Source: Atractiella rhizophila
Lineage: Eukaryota
Length of the DNA: 26,812 bases
Direction of reading: 5' to 3'
Assembly: GCA_021432655.1 (NCBI GenBank)
Contig: MU271321.1
Coordinates: forward strand, 62,001-88,812
Shown here: one piece after another, positions 11,301 through 22,277 of the stretch
How positions within the stretch are numbered: position 1 is the stretch's first letter
How the letters are laid out: each line of letters opens with the position of its first letter
Translations under genes and position numbers: made by a program
Notes under the pieces: generated by a model
What the model saw: only the letters and a program-made list of their open reading frames with translations
Told to the model about the DNA's origin: nothing
Databases searched by the model: none

Positions 11301-13583
11301 GTGGTATTGCATCTTGGCCGCAATTTGCTTTGTCCTGTACCTCGGGAGGATCACCTTCTTCCAATGGCGTTCAGTAGTTGCTGCCAGAAGGGTGTATCTG
11401 AAGATGATGAGCAGGATTATGGGAACTTCGAGTACGTCTCCTCCGCCTGAGGCTGCAAGCTGAAGTAGTGCTTCCCGAACGTAGTGAAATTTTTTGAATC
11501 GACGTCAGTGCACAGATTTCGCGTCGTCCGCTACCTAATTCCCTAACGTTTCTCCTTGTAGACCTGCTGGAAGAATTATCAATCGGCTTAGCCACGACAT
11601 GGAAACCGTTGATCAAAATTTATCATTGCGTATGTGTCTGTGAATTCAAACTTTATTGTGTTTAATCGGGATGCAGACTTCCTTTATGGGAACATCGAAG
11701 TCTGTGCCTTGGTATCCATCGTTATAACTATCAGCGTCGTGCTCCCGCAGTTTTTCATAGTTGGAGCGATCATCTTTATCAGCTATGGAGTAACTGGATG
11801 GTTATATGTCTCCTCCTCTCGGGAAATAAACAGGTTGGGTGCGTTCTTTCCCACTTGCTCCAGACGACGATTGACCAAAGCTGCAGAGGCTATCTCTCGC
11901 TCTCCCGTTATGAGCATATTTACCGAAGCTTCGCACGGGAGGAGAACGATTCGTGCTTACGGTCAAACTCGACACTTTATGCGTAATCTCATGGAGCTTC
12001 AGCAAGAGACGAATAGGCCCGTAAGAGCTTGTTCCTCTCCCTGTAATATGTTTCATACTCAAGAACTATCCATGAAGTATTTAACCTCAGAGATCACGAC
12101 GAGATGGCTCGCGTACAGAGTAGATCTTATTGGCTGCTGCGTTGCACTCTCAACATCAGTGTTCGTATTGCTTCGAAAGGAAATGGGTGCCGCTCTAGCT
12201 GGATTTGTCCTCGCTTATTCAGTGCAGTTTGTGTGTAATTTCTCACACCGCGTGTGCTGTTCTGATCTAGAATGTAGACAGAGAAGGTTCTTAGGGTAGG
12301 TCTTATATTGTGTTTGTGGAGAAATCTCACCTTTTGGATTAAAAAGTTGATCAACTTCTATTCCACAATGGAAAACTACAGTAAGTGTTTTGAAATGCAG
12401 AACCTTGGTATTTACAACGCATTTAGTGAGCAACGTAGAGCGGATTTCAGAGTACAGTAACCTCGCATCAGAACCTCGCAATGGCAGGCTACCTCCCGCT
12501 TACTGGCCATCCCGGCCATCCCGCCTGGAGGTTGAAAATGTGACCGTCCGTTATGGTGAAAATCTACCTCCCGCCCTTGAAGGAGTTTCCTTCACAGTTC
12601 AGCCTGGCGTTCGTTTCTGATTTATTGCTGCTTTGGTTGAGTTGACCGAGATGCAGGAACGGGTCGGAATTGTGGGACGAACCGGTAGGTCATTTCGTCG
12701 CCATTCAGTTGTAACTAACTTCTTGGTAGGTGCTGGGAAGAGTACTCTAATTGGGTGCTTCATGCGCTTTTTCGATTGGGAAGGGAGCGTGCGAGTTGAT
12801 GGTTTGGAGCTTCAAGACGTCCAAATTGATGAGCTTCGACGAAGAGTCGCCGTCATACCTCAAGGTTCATACCTCCTTTATTCCAGAGCATCTTCCTGAT
12901 ATTTTCGTAGACTGTGATCTCTTCGTCGGCACTCTGAGGTTCAACCTCGATCCGTTCGGGGAGAAGCAAGACTCCGACTTGTGGGATGTACTAAACAGAG
13001 TTGGCCTGTCGAACGGTGGTTCAAGCGTGGGCACCCATAATGGAGAGCTTGGGATCGTGGACAGCCTTGAATTCGCTATTGAGGAGGGCGGAAAGAACTT
13101 GTCAGCTGGTGCGTATATCACCTTGCAACTTCTTCACTCTCATAATCCAGCTAGGCCAACGACAACTTGTCGCCCTCGCCCGTGGACTGCTCAAGCTACC
13201 TAGTTCACCTATTTTGATTATGGACGAACCGAGCGCATCATTAGGTATGCGATCCGGTCTTGCCAGAATTCAATTTGAGAGGGTACTAGACGATCAAACG
13301 GATGGGAAAATACAGAAGATTATTCGCGAAGAAGCTAGGAACACAACCGTGCTCTGCATCGCTCGTTCGTTCATTTTCTATTGGCAGCACCTTTCGCTGA
13401 ACTAACCTGCAAGATCGACTCAAAACCGTCATTGATTACGATAAGATACTCTACCTCGAAAGTGGACGGGTCGTGGAGTACGATAATCCAGCCAAACTCC
13501 TGTTCGATCCTTCATCTCAATTTTATAGATTATGCGAAAAGTCAGGCGATTTACAGACACTTCAGATGTGGTTTAGGCATTAA
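8381..13583 (+). CDS. Full-length ABCC/MRP-family ABC transporter with N-terminal membrane extension (Ycf1/Ybt1/Bpt1-like group)
   Basis: NBD1 motifs: GPVGSGKT, LSGGQKARVGLARAVY, LLLDDVLSAVD. TMD2 motifs: FFESTPAGRIINRLSHD, TIRAYG, NVERISEY. NBD2 motifs: VGRTGAGKST, LRFNLDPF, LSAGQRQLVALAR, IMDEPSASLD, IAHRLKTVIDYD. Many short introns. The ATG at 8381 splices in frame into the 8606 ORF, and the stop TAA is at 13581-13583. Confidence 0.95.
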
Positions 13584-13813
13584 AAGATAGTCCATTTCAA
13601 TTGCATTCCCGTTTGGCTGCATGTTGAGCGGCGTAAAGTCTTAGATGGTGTCGCTGTTAACAGTTACGATCCTTCCCAGCTTCCGCGTTAACCACTGAAG
13701 TGCCGTCCAGTTGCGACAAAGTATGCTCACACCAAAGCGAGGTAGTCAACACGAAGTTCGCTTTATTCCCACAGACCACGGACGTTTAGGAGTTATATAC
13801 AGTGACACAAAAA

Positions 13814-14478
13814 TTACGGTTGCTCCTCCTCTCTCTTCCTCTCTTCCAAGATCGCGAAGCTAAGAACAACCATAGCAAGATTTTCTAAGCTATGCGTGAG
13901 AGAGGAGTCGAAGACGTCAAGATTCATGTGTTTGCTCCCAGAAGTAAGATAGTGCTTTCTATGGGACTCGACTAGGACCTGCCCACCCCGCTTCAACTAG
14001 CAAATCAGGATGTCAGTACTAAGCTCATGACACATAGAGGGACGAAAATATATGACAAACCTTCAAGCTTCCTGTGAATGCATTCTGTTTCCAGGTTGCT
14101 TGCGAACCATCAGGCAAGTGAACCTTTGCTCCACTAAATGATCATACCATGGAGAGACAAATGGGTCATTATCTTCCAATGGAGACAGACAAGAAATCCT
14201 TACGTCCACGCGGATCCGTGTAACACTTGCTTCAAGGGCATCTCCTGGCCATTACCAAACCTGATCATGCTCTTCTTCCAGGTTCCTAAATACACAGTTG
14301 CGAAAGCCTCCTCCTTCTTTCCAATGCCGAGGCTGAAACCGCTCTTGTGCTGCATGACGCTCAGCATATATTGGGAAGAGCCGTATTTCGAAAGGCGGAA
14401 GAGAGGTTTGCCGCTGGAGCTGTCGAAGACGGTGGATTCGAGGGGACGGTTATCTTGGAAGGAAAGGTTCATGGTCAT
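13814..14478 (-). CDS. Small DUF6593-like (tubby/LURP-like beta-rich) protein, paralog A, 3 exons
   Basis: Exons 14478-14204, 14133-14061 and 13996-13814 form an open frame, MTMNLSFQDNRPLESTVFDSSSGKPLF...LPDGSQATWK...LENLAMVVLSFAILEERKREEEQP. A clear paralog lies at 24318-24981. The family assignment comes from pattern recall, not a search. Confidence 0.8.
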
Positions 14479-15675
14479 ATCGTTAGTTTTCGTTAATTTC
14501 ATAAGTAGATGAATATTTTATTAAATCTCTTGCATCAGATGGGAGAAATGGGATCTCAGACACCAGTATTTGTACTGGAGAGCAGGGGTCGCTGATACGA
14601 AACTCATGACATCATCGATAACGAAAAGCGTTGTCTGGGATTGTACACCCCGCTTGAGCCTGGGCTACTGAGAGCCCGTTTTGATTGCTGCACCATGACG
14701 TGATGAAAAATTGAACGGCTTGCCCATTAGTAAAGAAGCCAAGCTTAGCAAAAAAGTGGTGTGAAGTGTACACCGCACACCAAGAGCAAACCCTCCTAGA
14801 TCATCACCACAATATGACGTGCACAGAGGAGCGGCGGGCGTTATCGTAGCGCCTGATTCGACTGCAAAGAGCCTATGCGAATCCCTTACTGCAGTCAGAG
14901 GTTGCAACCGAGGTTGCACAACAACGGAACAGAAAAGGATTTTCCGCCCGCTGATATTTTTCAGACGCTCGCTCATTTGGTTCACACTAACACCGACCTG
15001 AGCAGTTTCCAGTTGAGATGCGAGGAGTAACAGCAGGTGAAGGATCGGATATTCTGTTGTATGATATGTACCACGCAGAGGATGGGTCGTGTCATAGAGG
15101 GCAGGAGCTGAGTAATTTTGTACCTCAGTATTTGAGCTTGTTTCTGTTTGATTGACCCGCTAGTCTTGCCACATTATTTATATGCTCATGAGGCTTGACT
15201 CAACTCAATGAGACCTTCATGTTTCTTCTAGCCAGTTACTTGAAGTGTTACGTTTTGGAAATCATAGCAAACTCCGGCAACTCCACAGCTTTGCCGACTG
15301 TGAACTTGCGTAGCTTTCTGTAGCATCATTGTGAGACAGCAAGGTGCTCAGACACACTAGCTGCAGGAAGCAGGGACGCATCTTTGTCCTTCTCTGGAGA
15401 ACAATGGAAATATGAAAAAGCATGGGGAGTTTAACAATCTGCCGTCCTTCAATTCGTTTCTAGCGCGTCGCTTCTGTTCGTATGCGATCAAGAGGGTAAC
15501 ATGGTGGATCGTGATGGTTGTGGGAATAGCTGGGCATCAAGGTCAATTTAGAACGCAGCGGACAGCTTGTTCCTCATAAGGAAGGTACTCGTACGATCCA
15601 ATGCATATAAGGGGTGAAGTTGAGAGACTGATCCAGCCTTGGTGGATAATTGTTCAACTTTGCTCAAGTTTCATC

Positions 15676-18519
15676 ATGCTGTGGACAACGGAGTGCGACT
15701 CTCAGTAACTTCCTATTCAACTCAAGTTGACAGTATAGCAGTTACGGGTTACGGAGGGAACGTTTTGCGCGCGCTTTAAGCTTCTCCAAGAGCCCATTCG
15801 AGACAGAAAAAGCAGAAATCCTGTCAGACTTCACGTGTGTTCCCTTTTTCCTCGCAAGTGGGAGATTTTCAATGCCCCTGTAGTGGAGTAAAAAGACATG
15901 ATAGGTCCAGGGGTTTAGCCTCAGGAGAAGCTAGTAGTCACCCATCGAAGAACGGAGACTCAGACAGCATCGAGGAGGAGGAAATTTATACCGACGAGCC
16001 ATGGCTCGGTACGCCCAGTTGAACCTTTTCAGGCTGTCACTCATGATCCAACGCTCTAGATGCTCTCACAGATCTGTTCTTCGTCTCTGCCCTTTCAACA
16101 TTTAACGATTCTGACTCGCAAGAATTGAGCACAACATCCGACCTTGCAAATTATTCAGGTAAACCGTAAACCTTGATTTGGACGGATGATTGTTAACTAT
16201 CCCTGACAAATTGTAGGCTACTTTCTGACGATTTGGTGGATTTGGAATTCCCAAATTCTTTACGACATCAAGTACCAAACGTCCGACATCCTCTGTCGAA
16301 TTGTCAAGGTCTACCAGGTTTGCCGGTCGCTCACTTTTGCGTTCACCACTTCCCTGATTTATCATCCAGCTGGTCCTCTTCGCAACATTGGGATCTTACG
16401 CGGCAAACGTCGACTTAACGTTCCCCTTGTCCTCAGTTCGTGTACACGCCTTTTTTTCATCTTATTGACGCAACAATAGGACGTAAGCCCTCAAGACATT
16501 GCAGCGTCCGGTTGGGAGACATTGCAAGAAGCACAAGTGGAAGTAGAGGGGAAGAATGCCGACACCAAAGCTGCTCTTCAAGCTCTGGCCATGGTGTACA
16601 TCGTCTCACGGGCCGTGCTGATCCTCCAGTACCTCCGTTGTAGGCTCATCCTCTCCACATTAAGTGATCACTAAGTTGAATTCTAGTGCAATTTTATGTT
16701 CGCAAGGCTGCACCACACATCCAAAAAGCAGTATATCTCCCAGTCATCTCATCCACAATTTCTCTCATCTGTTGGGTCATCGGCTATGTCTTCTTGACGG
16801 TATCCCCTGAAAGCAAGAGTCTCGCAATTGGGCGGCTGGTGTTATGGTTTGGCGGCATCGGTATTGGCCTCGCGTTCGAGGTGGCGGCCACGCAAATTCG
16901 AGGCTATGTTCGATTTGGACACACAGGATTGGGAGAGCGAGTTGGCCTTTTTACCTTGATCATTCTTGGTGTGTTTGATTTTTTAAATTGGTACCTTCTA
17001 GTGACGTTGAAGTATCTGTCCACGCAGGGGAGTCAGTCATCTCTCTCGTTGGCGTCGCCCAGCTAGTGGTCGGTGGTGGAGGCTATACAGCTTCTTCCTT
17101 CATTCAGGCAAGTGAAACGCTTCAGTTGAATAGCTTAGCGCCTTAATTTCAAGAAAATAGCTTTTATGTTCCTTTCTCATCGTATACTGTGTCTGGTGCG
17201 TGAGCTTGTTGGTCCAAGGTAAACAGAAAGGGTTGACCTGGCAGCGACGTTATAGGGCAATCTACTTCGATGGTTTCGGACGTAAAATCCAGACAGGCCG
17301 TCTGCGAACGATATGGTGGGTGTATGTGCATTATTTTGTACAAATTTCTATCGTTTTTGTGTAAGCTTCTGGCATCAACGGACGATATGACTAATGGAGA
17401 CTTCAGCTTCAGCGCTATCCAGAGCTCTCTGAATGCGAAGGTACGCTATCCCGGCACTGCTAGATTAGATCATCCACCAGCTGAAAGGCTAAAATTGAAC
17501 ATTAGAATGTATCCGACCTTTTGACTAGCCTAGAAGGCAAAATCCTCACTCAAGCGAACATTTATATCACGGATCCCCAATCTTTTGATTTAAATAACGC
17601 GGATAATGAAGATATCACTCAACAGCTTGGGGACTACAAGTACAGTTGGTACGTTGCTTACAGGTGACTAACATTCGTCTCCCTAACCGCGTTCGGAACA
17701 GGACATCCGAGGTTAATCTTTACTGTCTCTCTAGCTGCGAGCCTCTCACTGCTTTCACAGCTCGCGAGCTGGAACACAACTTTTTACGACACTCTCGCCG
17801 CCACTGGAGACAATAATACTGCACTCAATGCTCTTCACAGTGAGATTTATCGATCGCTCCTCGCGATCATTGTGTCTGCGTTCGAAGCGTTTAAAGTGAA
17901 CTTGGACGATGACCTGCTATACAAGGAACGAAGTATCATCAACAATATCCAAAATCTCGATCAGGGTAAGCTAACATTGGTCTTTCGTAGACAAAGAGGT
18001 TGATGGGCTTGATCAGGTACTGTGTCCCAGTTCCTGCTGGAAGTCCTGACCCGAAGTGCCAAACCGAGTCTCTTCCTCCTTCCTGTTGCCGGTGGCTTCT
18101 TGCTTTCGGTTGCCGTGATGCGATTAAACACTCGACTTCCGAGCGACGTTTGGGGATGGATTTCAATGGGGATAATCACTTTTGTTGGAACTGTGTTGTT
18201 GTTCTTCGCCCTGTTTAACGTCGGTAACCAGCATGTCAGCCTTGACATTGGGAAGATACTTATCCCGTATCGTCTTCTTAATGCTAACTGGCTAAGTACG
18301 TGGTCCATCATGATAACTTTAGAGACAAGTTTGACATTTGTGCTAGTTCCTCTGGTCTTGATAATCTATGGCATGGTCGTGGTGGCCGAGCAGATCCTGC
18401 TCATTTTTGTGAAGAGGCGATATCGAAAGGCGGACTTAGACGAACGAGGGACGACGAACAGTGACGGAAACGATAATCAGGATGAAATGGGAACGCAAGG
18501 AGAATATCACTTACCTTAA
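15676..18519 (+). CDS. Low temperature requirement A (LtrA)-family multi-pass membrane protein
   Basis: Spliced motifs PWLDALTDLFFVSALSTF, IWWIWNSQILYDIKY, SRAVLILQY, GLGERVGLFTLIILGESVI, WAIYFDGF and WWVYVHY match fungal LtrA-like proteins. Many short introns. The ATG at 15676 lies about 70 nt after a TATAAG. Confidence 0.85.
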
Positions 18520-18817
18520 AATTCAAAATCTCATTGTTTTGACCTATCCATGGGATACGAGTAACATTGCCAGTGAAGGAATTATCAACCACCTCAACGG
18601 TTCAAACGTCGTTTAAAACCTTACGCAGATGCTTCAATGGTCAAGTGATTCGCTTAAGTGTCTGAATCAGCGTCCAAGTTTTCACTCGTTGTGGCCACTC
18701 CAAAGGTCCACATATAGCAGGGAAATTAGGTCGGCAACGCTCTGTTGTGCAGAGTAGTGAGCAGAGTACGGACTGCACAAGAGGCCCTTGTCTCTTGAGA
18801 CAAGATCTACCATTTCA

Positions 18818-21402
18818 TCACTCCTCCAATGCTTTCCTAGCTTTCACTTTCTCTCGCTCCTTCTTCCCCTTCCTCTTCTTTTTTGGTTCTTCAGCATCTC
18901 CCTCCCTCTTCCGCTTCCCCAACTTCGCGTCTCTCGATTCGGCTTCAGGATGGTAAGCTTTACCCCACTGCCGTGACTCCAATTTAGCCTTCAGGTCCTT
19001 TAGACGCCATTGGTATTTCTTCTTTGACCTCGAACGCTCCTCATCAAGTGAACGATAAGGTGCAAGCTTCTTCAAGCTCATCAGTTCGTTCAACTCCACA
19101 TCCGTCGCAAGCATGATCTCTGCTGGTGTCAAAGAGTTGTCGACGTCTCGAACATCCACAGTAGCATACTCGAATTTTTTTGCTGGATCGACGACCTGTT
19201 TTCAATGTTAACATTACCACGTTCGCAGGATGAACACGAACAATGTGAGAGAACGGGTCCTTCTCCTCCTCTTCCTCTTCCTCCTCTCGACCTGCGGCAG
19301 CTTTTGCACGTTTCTTCTCCTTCCGCCGTTGGTTCTGTTTTGCACGTTTTCCTTTCGGACCAGGGTTGGAAGGATCATACGCTTCATCTTCTTCGTAGTC
19401 TTCCTCGTCCTCATTGTCGGCCGCAGAAGGAGGAATTTCGGCCAGAATGTCGTCAATGTCGATATCATCGTCCCAAACAGGCTTCCCGTCTTCATCCTAT
19501 CCCAGTCTCGGCATTCTGCCATGGAAAAAATCGCGAGCATGACTTACAACAGCGCCATAAAAGTCATCCCCGTAGACCTTCTGCATCAACCTCTCATGTT
19601 CTTTCTCATCGAAGTCTCCTTCAAGGTCAAGCTCCTCCAAGTCCATCTCCCTCACACCCTTTCCAGCTTGCTCCTTAACGCGCTCAAGTTTCTTCTTCCT
19701 CTCCTCCTTCTCCAGCTCTTGCATTCGACGAAGTTCCTCCTCCTTCTCTTTCTTTCGCTCGGCCTTAGCATCTCGACCTCTTTTTCTAGCCAAAGTGTGT
19801 GCGGAAGGCTGTCGGACACTCATGTCAAGGGAACGAGCATGGGTCGCAAGGGATGCTCCTTCTCTATCCAAATGTGTCAATGCATATCAAGTTGGATGGT
19901 AATGAACATACTGTTCTTCGAATCGAAAATTGTACTTGCTTTCAAAATCGTCTGCCCGATCCTCGAATTCGGAATCTCCATCTGCCAAAGTCTGGTCGAA
20001 TCCTTCCGGGCCTGCGTCCGCTCCAATGACTTCGCCATAGCTGGGGATCTTCTTTCCCTTCTTCTTGTCTAACCATCCACGATTGAGGACATATCTATCC
20101 CATCCAGTCAATCAGCTCGTCACAGTTAAACAGCCTGGTAGGTTGAGGGCATACGCTGCTAAAAAGTCTTCCCCTTCCTCAGCGTCTCCACTCGTTATCT
20201 TCTTCAATCCCTCCGCCAACTGACCCTTTTTCAACCCCAGGCTTTTAGCGACAATCTTCTGAAATTCCTCATCGCTTTCTTCCTCTTGCCGCCTCTTCGA
20301 ACCCTCCCGTCTAACTAGAAATCCCTCATCGTCATCAGAGGAGGCATCGTGGAACGCTCGTTTCGTCTCCTCCTGCAGTAAAGCGGACTCTTCCGCCATG
20401 GTCAACGGTGTTTCGTCGGGAACGGATCCACCTTTCGTTTTGAGGAGGGATTTGAGCTGGAACTCTTTGAGGTTGAGAGGCTTGGATGGTTTGGAGGATT
20501 TGGAGGATTTGGAGGTTGAAGGAACTTGAGTCGCGAGAGCCTCTTCCTCCTCTGTGTAATTCTCGTTGTTAGCGCGGATTCAAACAGCATAGAACGTAAC
20601 GTTGCTGAGACGAAGTTCGCACAAGCCGTCTGCTTAAAAATGGTAATGATGGGAGACGGAATAAACCGTGGAATACAGTTGTGGTAAGGAAGGCACTCAA
20701 TACGATGGAGTGCAAGTAGCTCAGGAGGAAATTTCACAAGTGATGATTAAGTCATAGTATTCATTTTGTATAACAACATACTTGGCTGTGGAAAGAGCCA
20801 CCTTAGCGAACTAATGCTGAACAGAAATGTTCATGTTGATATGATGGCGTCGTTGGGTCACGCGATCGAGCCCAGACGTTGATGAAGTCCCAAGCTACCA
20901 TATTTCCCGCCTCATGTAGTTGTCATTGAAAGATCAATTTAATCTGTAAAATTCGAGAGCTGTAGAGTTCTCTTCAAGTCGAGAGGAAAGAAGGGAGTCC
21001 TGAACATGTACGTAACTCTTTGAATGGAAGAAACACGACAAAGCCACAACCTTTCACTTTCTGTTGCGCAAAAGAGAACGCACCTTCAAATACATTCCTG
21101 CCCTCCTCCACGCCTTGTCCCTCCCTAATCCTTTTCAAAGTCCTGAGAACGGCCAAATCGACAGCAGGCGTCAAGAATTCAGCATCCTCATCATCAGTAG
21201 ACAAGTCTTCTTCGCTGTCGCTCTCGTCATCAAGCGTGGCTCCCGGTCCATACTTATCCTGCAGCTTCGACAGCTCCTCTCCCTTCTTCCGTGCTTCGTA
21301 TTTTTCGGCAAAGGCAGCGTTGATCTTGAACCCACTTTCCGGCTCGGAATCTGAGGATGACCCGCTGGAGGATGACGAAGAAAGGAGTTCTCGTGGCGCC
21401 AT
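18818..21402 (-). CDS. KRI1: Kri1-family 40S ribosome biogenesis protein
   Basis: Motifs FKINAAFAEKYEARKKGEELSKLQDKYG, DEDAEFLTPAVDLAVLRTL, KPLNLKEF, FLAAYVLNRGW, FESKYNFRFEE, THARSLDMSVR and LTPAEIMLATDVELNELMSLKKLAPYR, with acidic and basic low-complexity tracts, fit Kri1 and its C-terminal domain. Confidence 0.93.
20552..21083 (-). other. 532-nt first intron of KRI1
   Basis: Donor GTGCGT at 21083, branch site GCTAAC near 20570 and acceptor ACACAG ending at 20552. Splicing joins ...RNVFE to EEEALATQ...KPLNLKEF in frame (phase 1). Confidence 0.85.
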
Positions 21403-22277
21403 TGTTGGAATCTGTACAGCTGTGTTGTCCCTTCGAAAGCTCAGCTGTATCCTGGTGAGCCAGAAAATTTTGGTCGCTCTTGAGCAAGAAGAGCCTGGCC
21501 CGAACTTTACTGCTCAGTCGGCTCCCCTCGGCTCCCCCAACGTCTCCGTCCGCTCCCTCCTTTTGCCAGCTCCGCTCCTTTCAAAGTCCTTTGCACATAC
21601 GGCAGGAGTTTGGCGTTCCCTCCATCAGTACATCGCCACCGTGCGCACAGAGACTCGAGCACCAGCACTGGATCTTAACTGCTTTCAGAATCGTGATATT
21701 CAGGGCAAAGGACGAGAGCAACCTATTTGCTAGCGCGACTCAGCTTGCGAGGATGTTGGCATTAAGTGCGTATCTGCTTTGATTTAGTTTCAAATGCTTC
21801 GAATTGTTTTTGTTTCCAAAGGGCAACAAAACTAGGTGCAATGTCTTGGAGATATAGATGGAATAGGTTTCTCTTAGCTGTGCTTTCTCAGAGAGTATGT
21901 GTAGACGCTTGTTTTGTTCACGTGCAAATTCTAGGGACTAAATGCCTTCAATTTTCACCACTACCCGACTTATGAAAGAGCATCCCTTATGGAGGGTGGG
22001 GTCTTAGTGAACCAATGTAATTCCCTGAACAAATACGTGTGATTATTGCTGAAGCCTGCCCTAATGTCATTTATCATGTACATTGGACGCAAAATTATGC
22101 CCTGTTAGCGATTTATGACCTTTTTGAGCTCGCGTGGATCCCACTCACCATATATGGAAGCTCTACTTTGATTCTCAACATTTCGATTCATTCCCTAGCT
22201 CCGTTGTTCATCGAGCGCAGACTTCACTAATTTGCAACTAAACCAATTTCCATTAGGAATATTCCGAACACTGCATT

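Noticed and set aside
19230..20072. 280-aa hydrophobic + strand ORF
   Set aside because: Antisense shadow of Lys/Glu-rich KRI1 codons, which gives Leu/Phe-rich open frames.
20495..20515. GGATTTGGA tandem repeat
   Set aside because: Coding low-complexity (SKS repeats) within KRI1, not an independent repeat element.
20640..20680. snR30/U17-like H/ACA RNA in the KRI1 intron (TATTCC words on the sense strand)
   Set aside because: An m1-like TATTCC is present, but the AAACCA m2 motif and a properly placed ACA box are not.
20879..20900. Hammerhead-like TGATGA and twister-like GTCCCAAGC words
   Set aside because: The required flanking stems and the remaining catalytic core nucleotides are missing.
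21020..21733. 237-aa + strand ORF
   Set aside because: TTG start and mostly antisense to KRI1 exon 1. The distal part has no ATG or recognisable motif.
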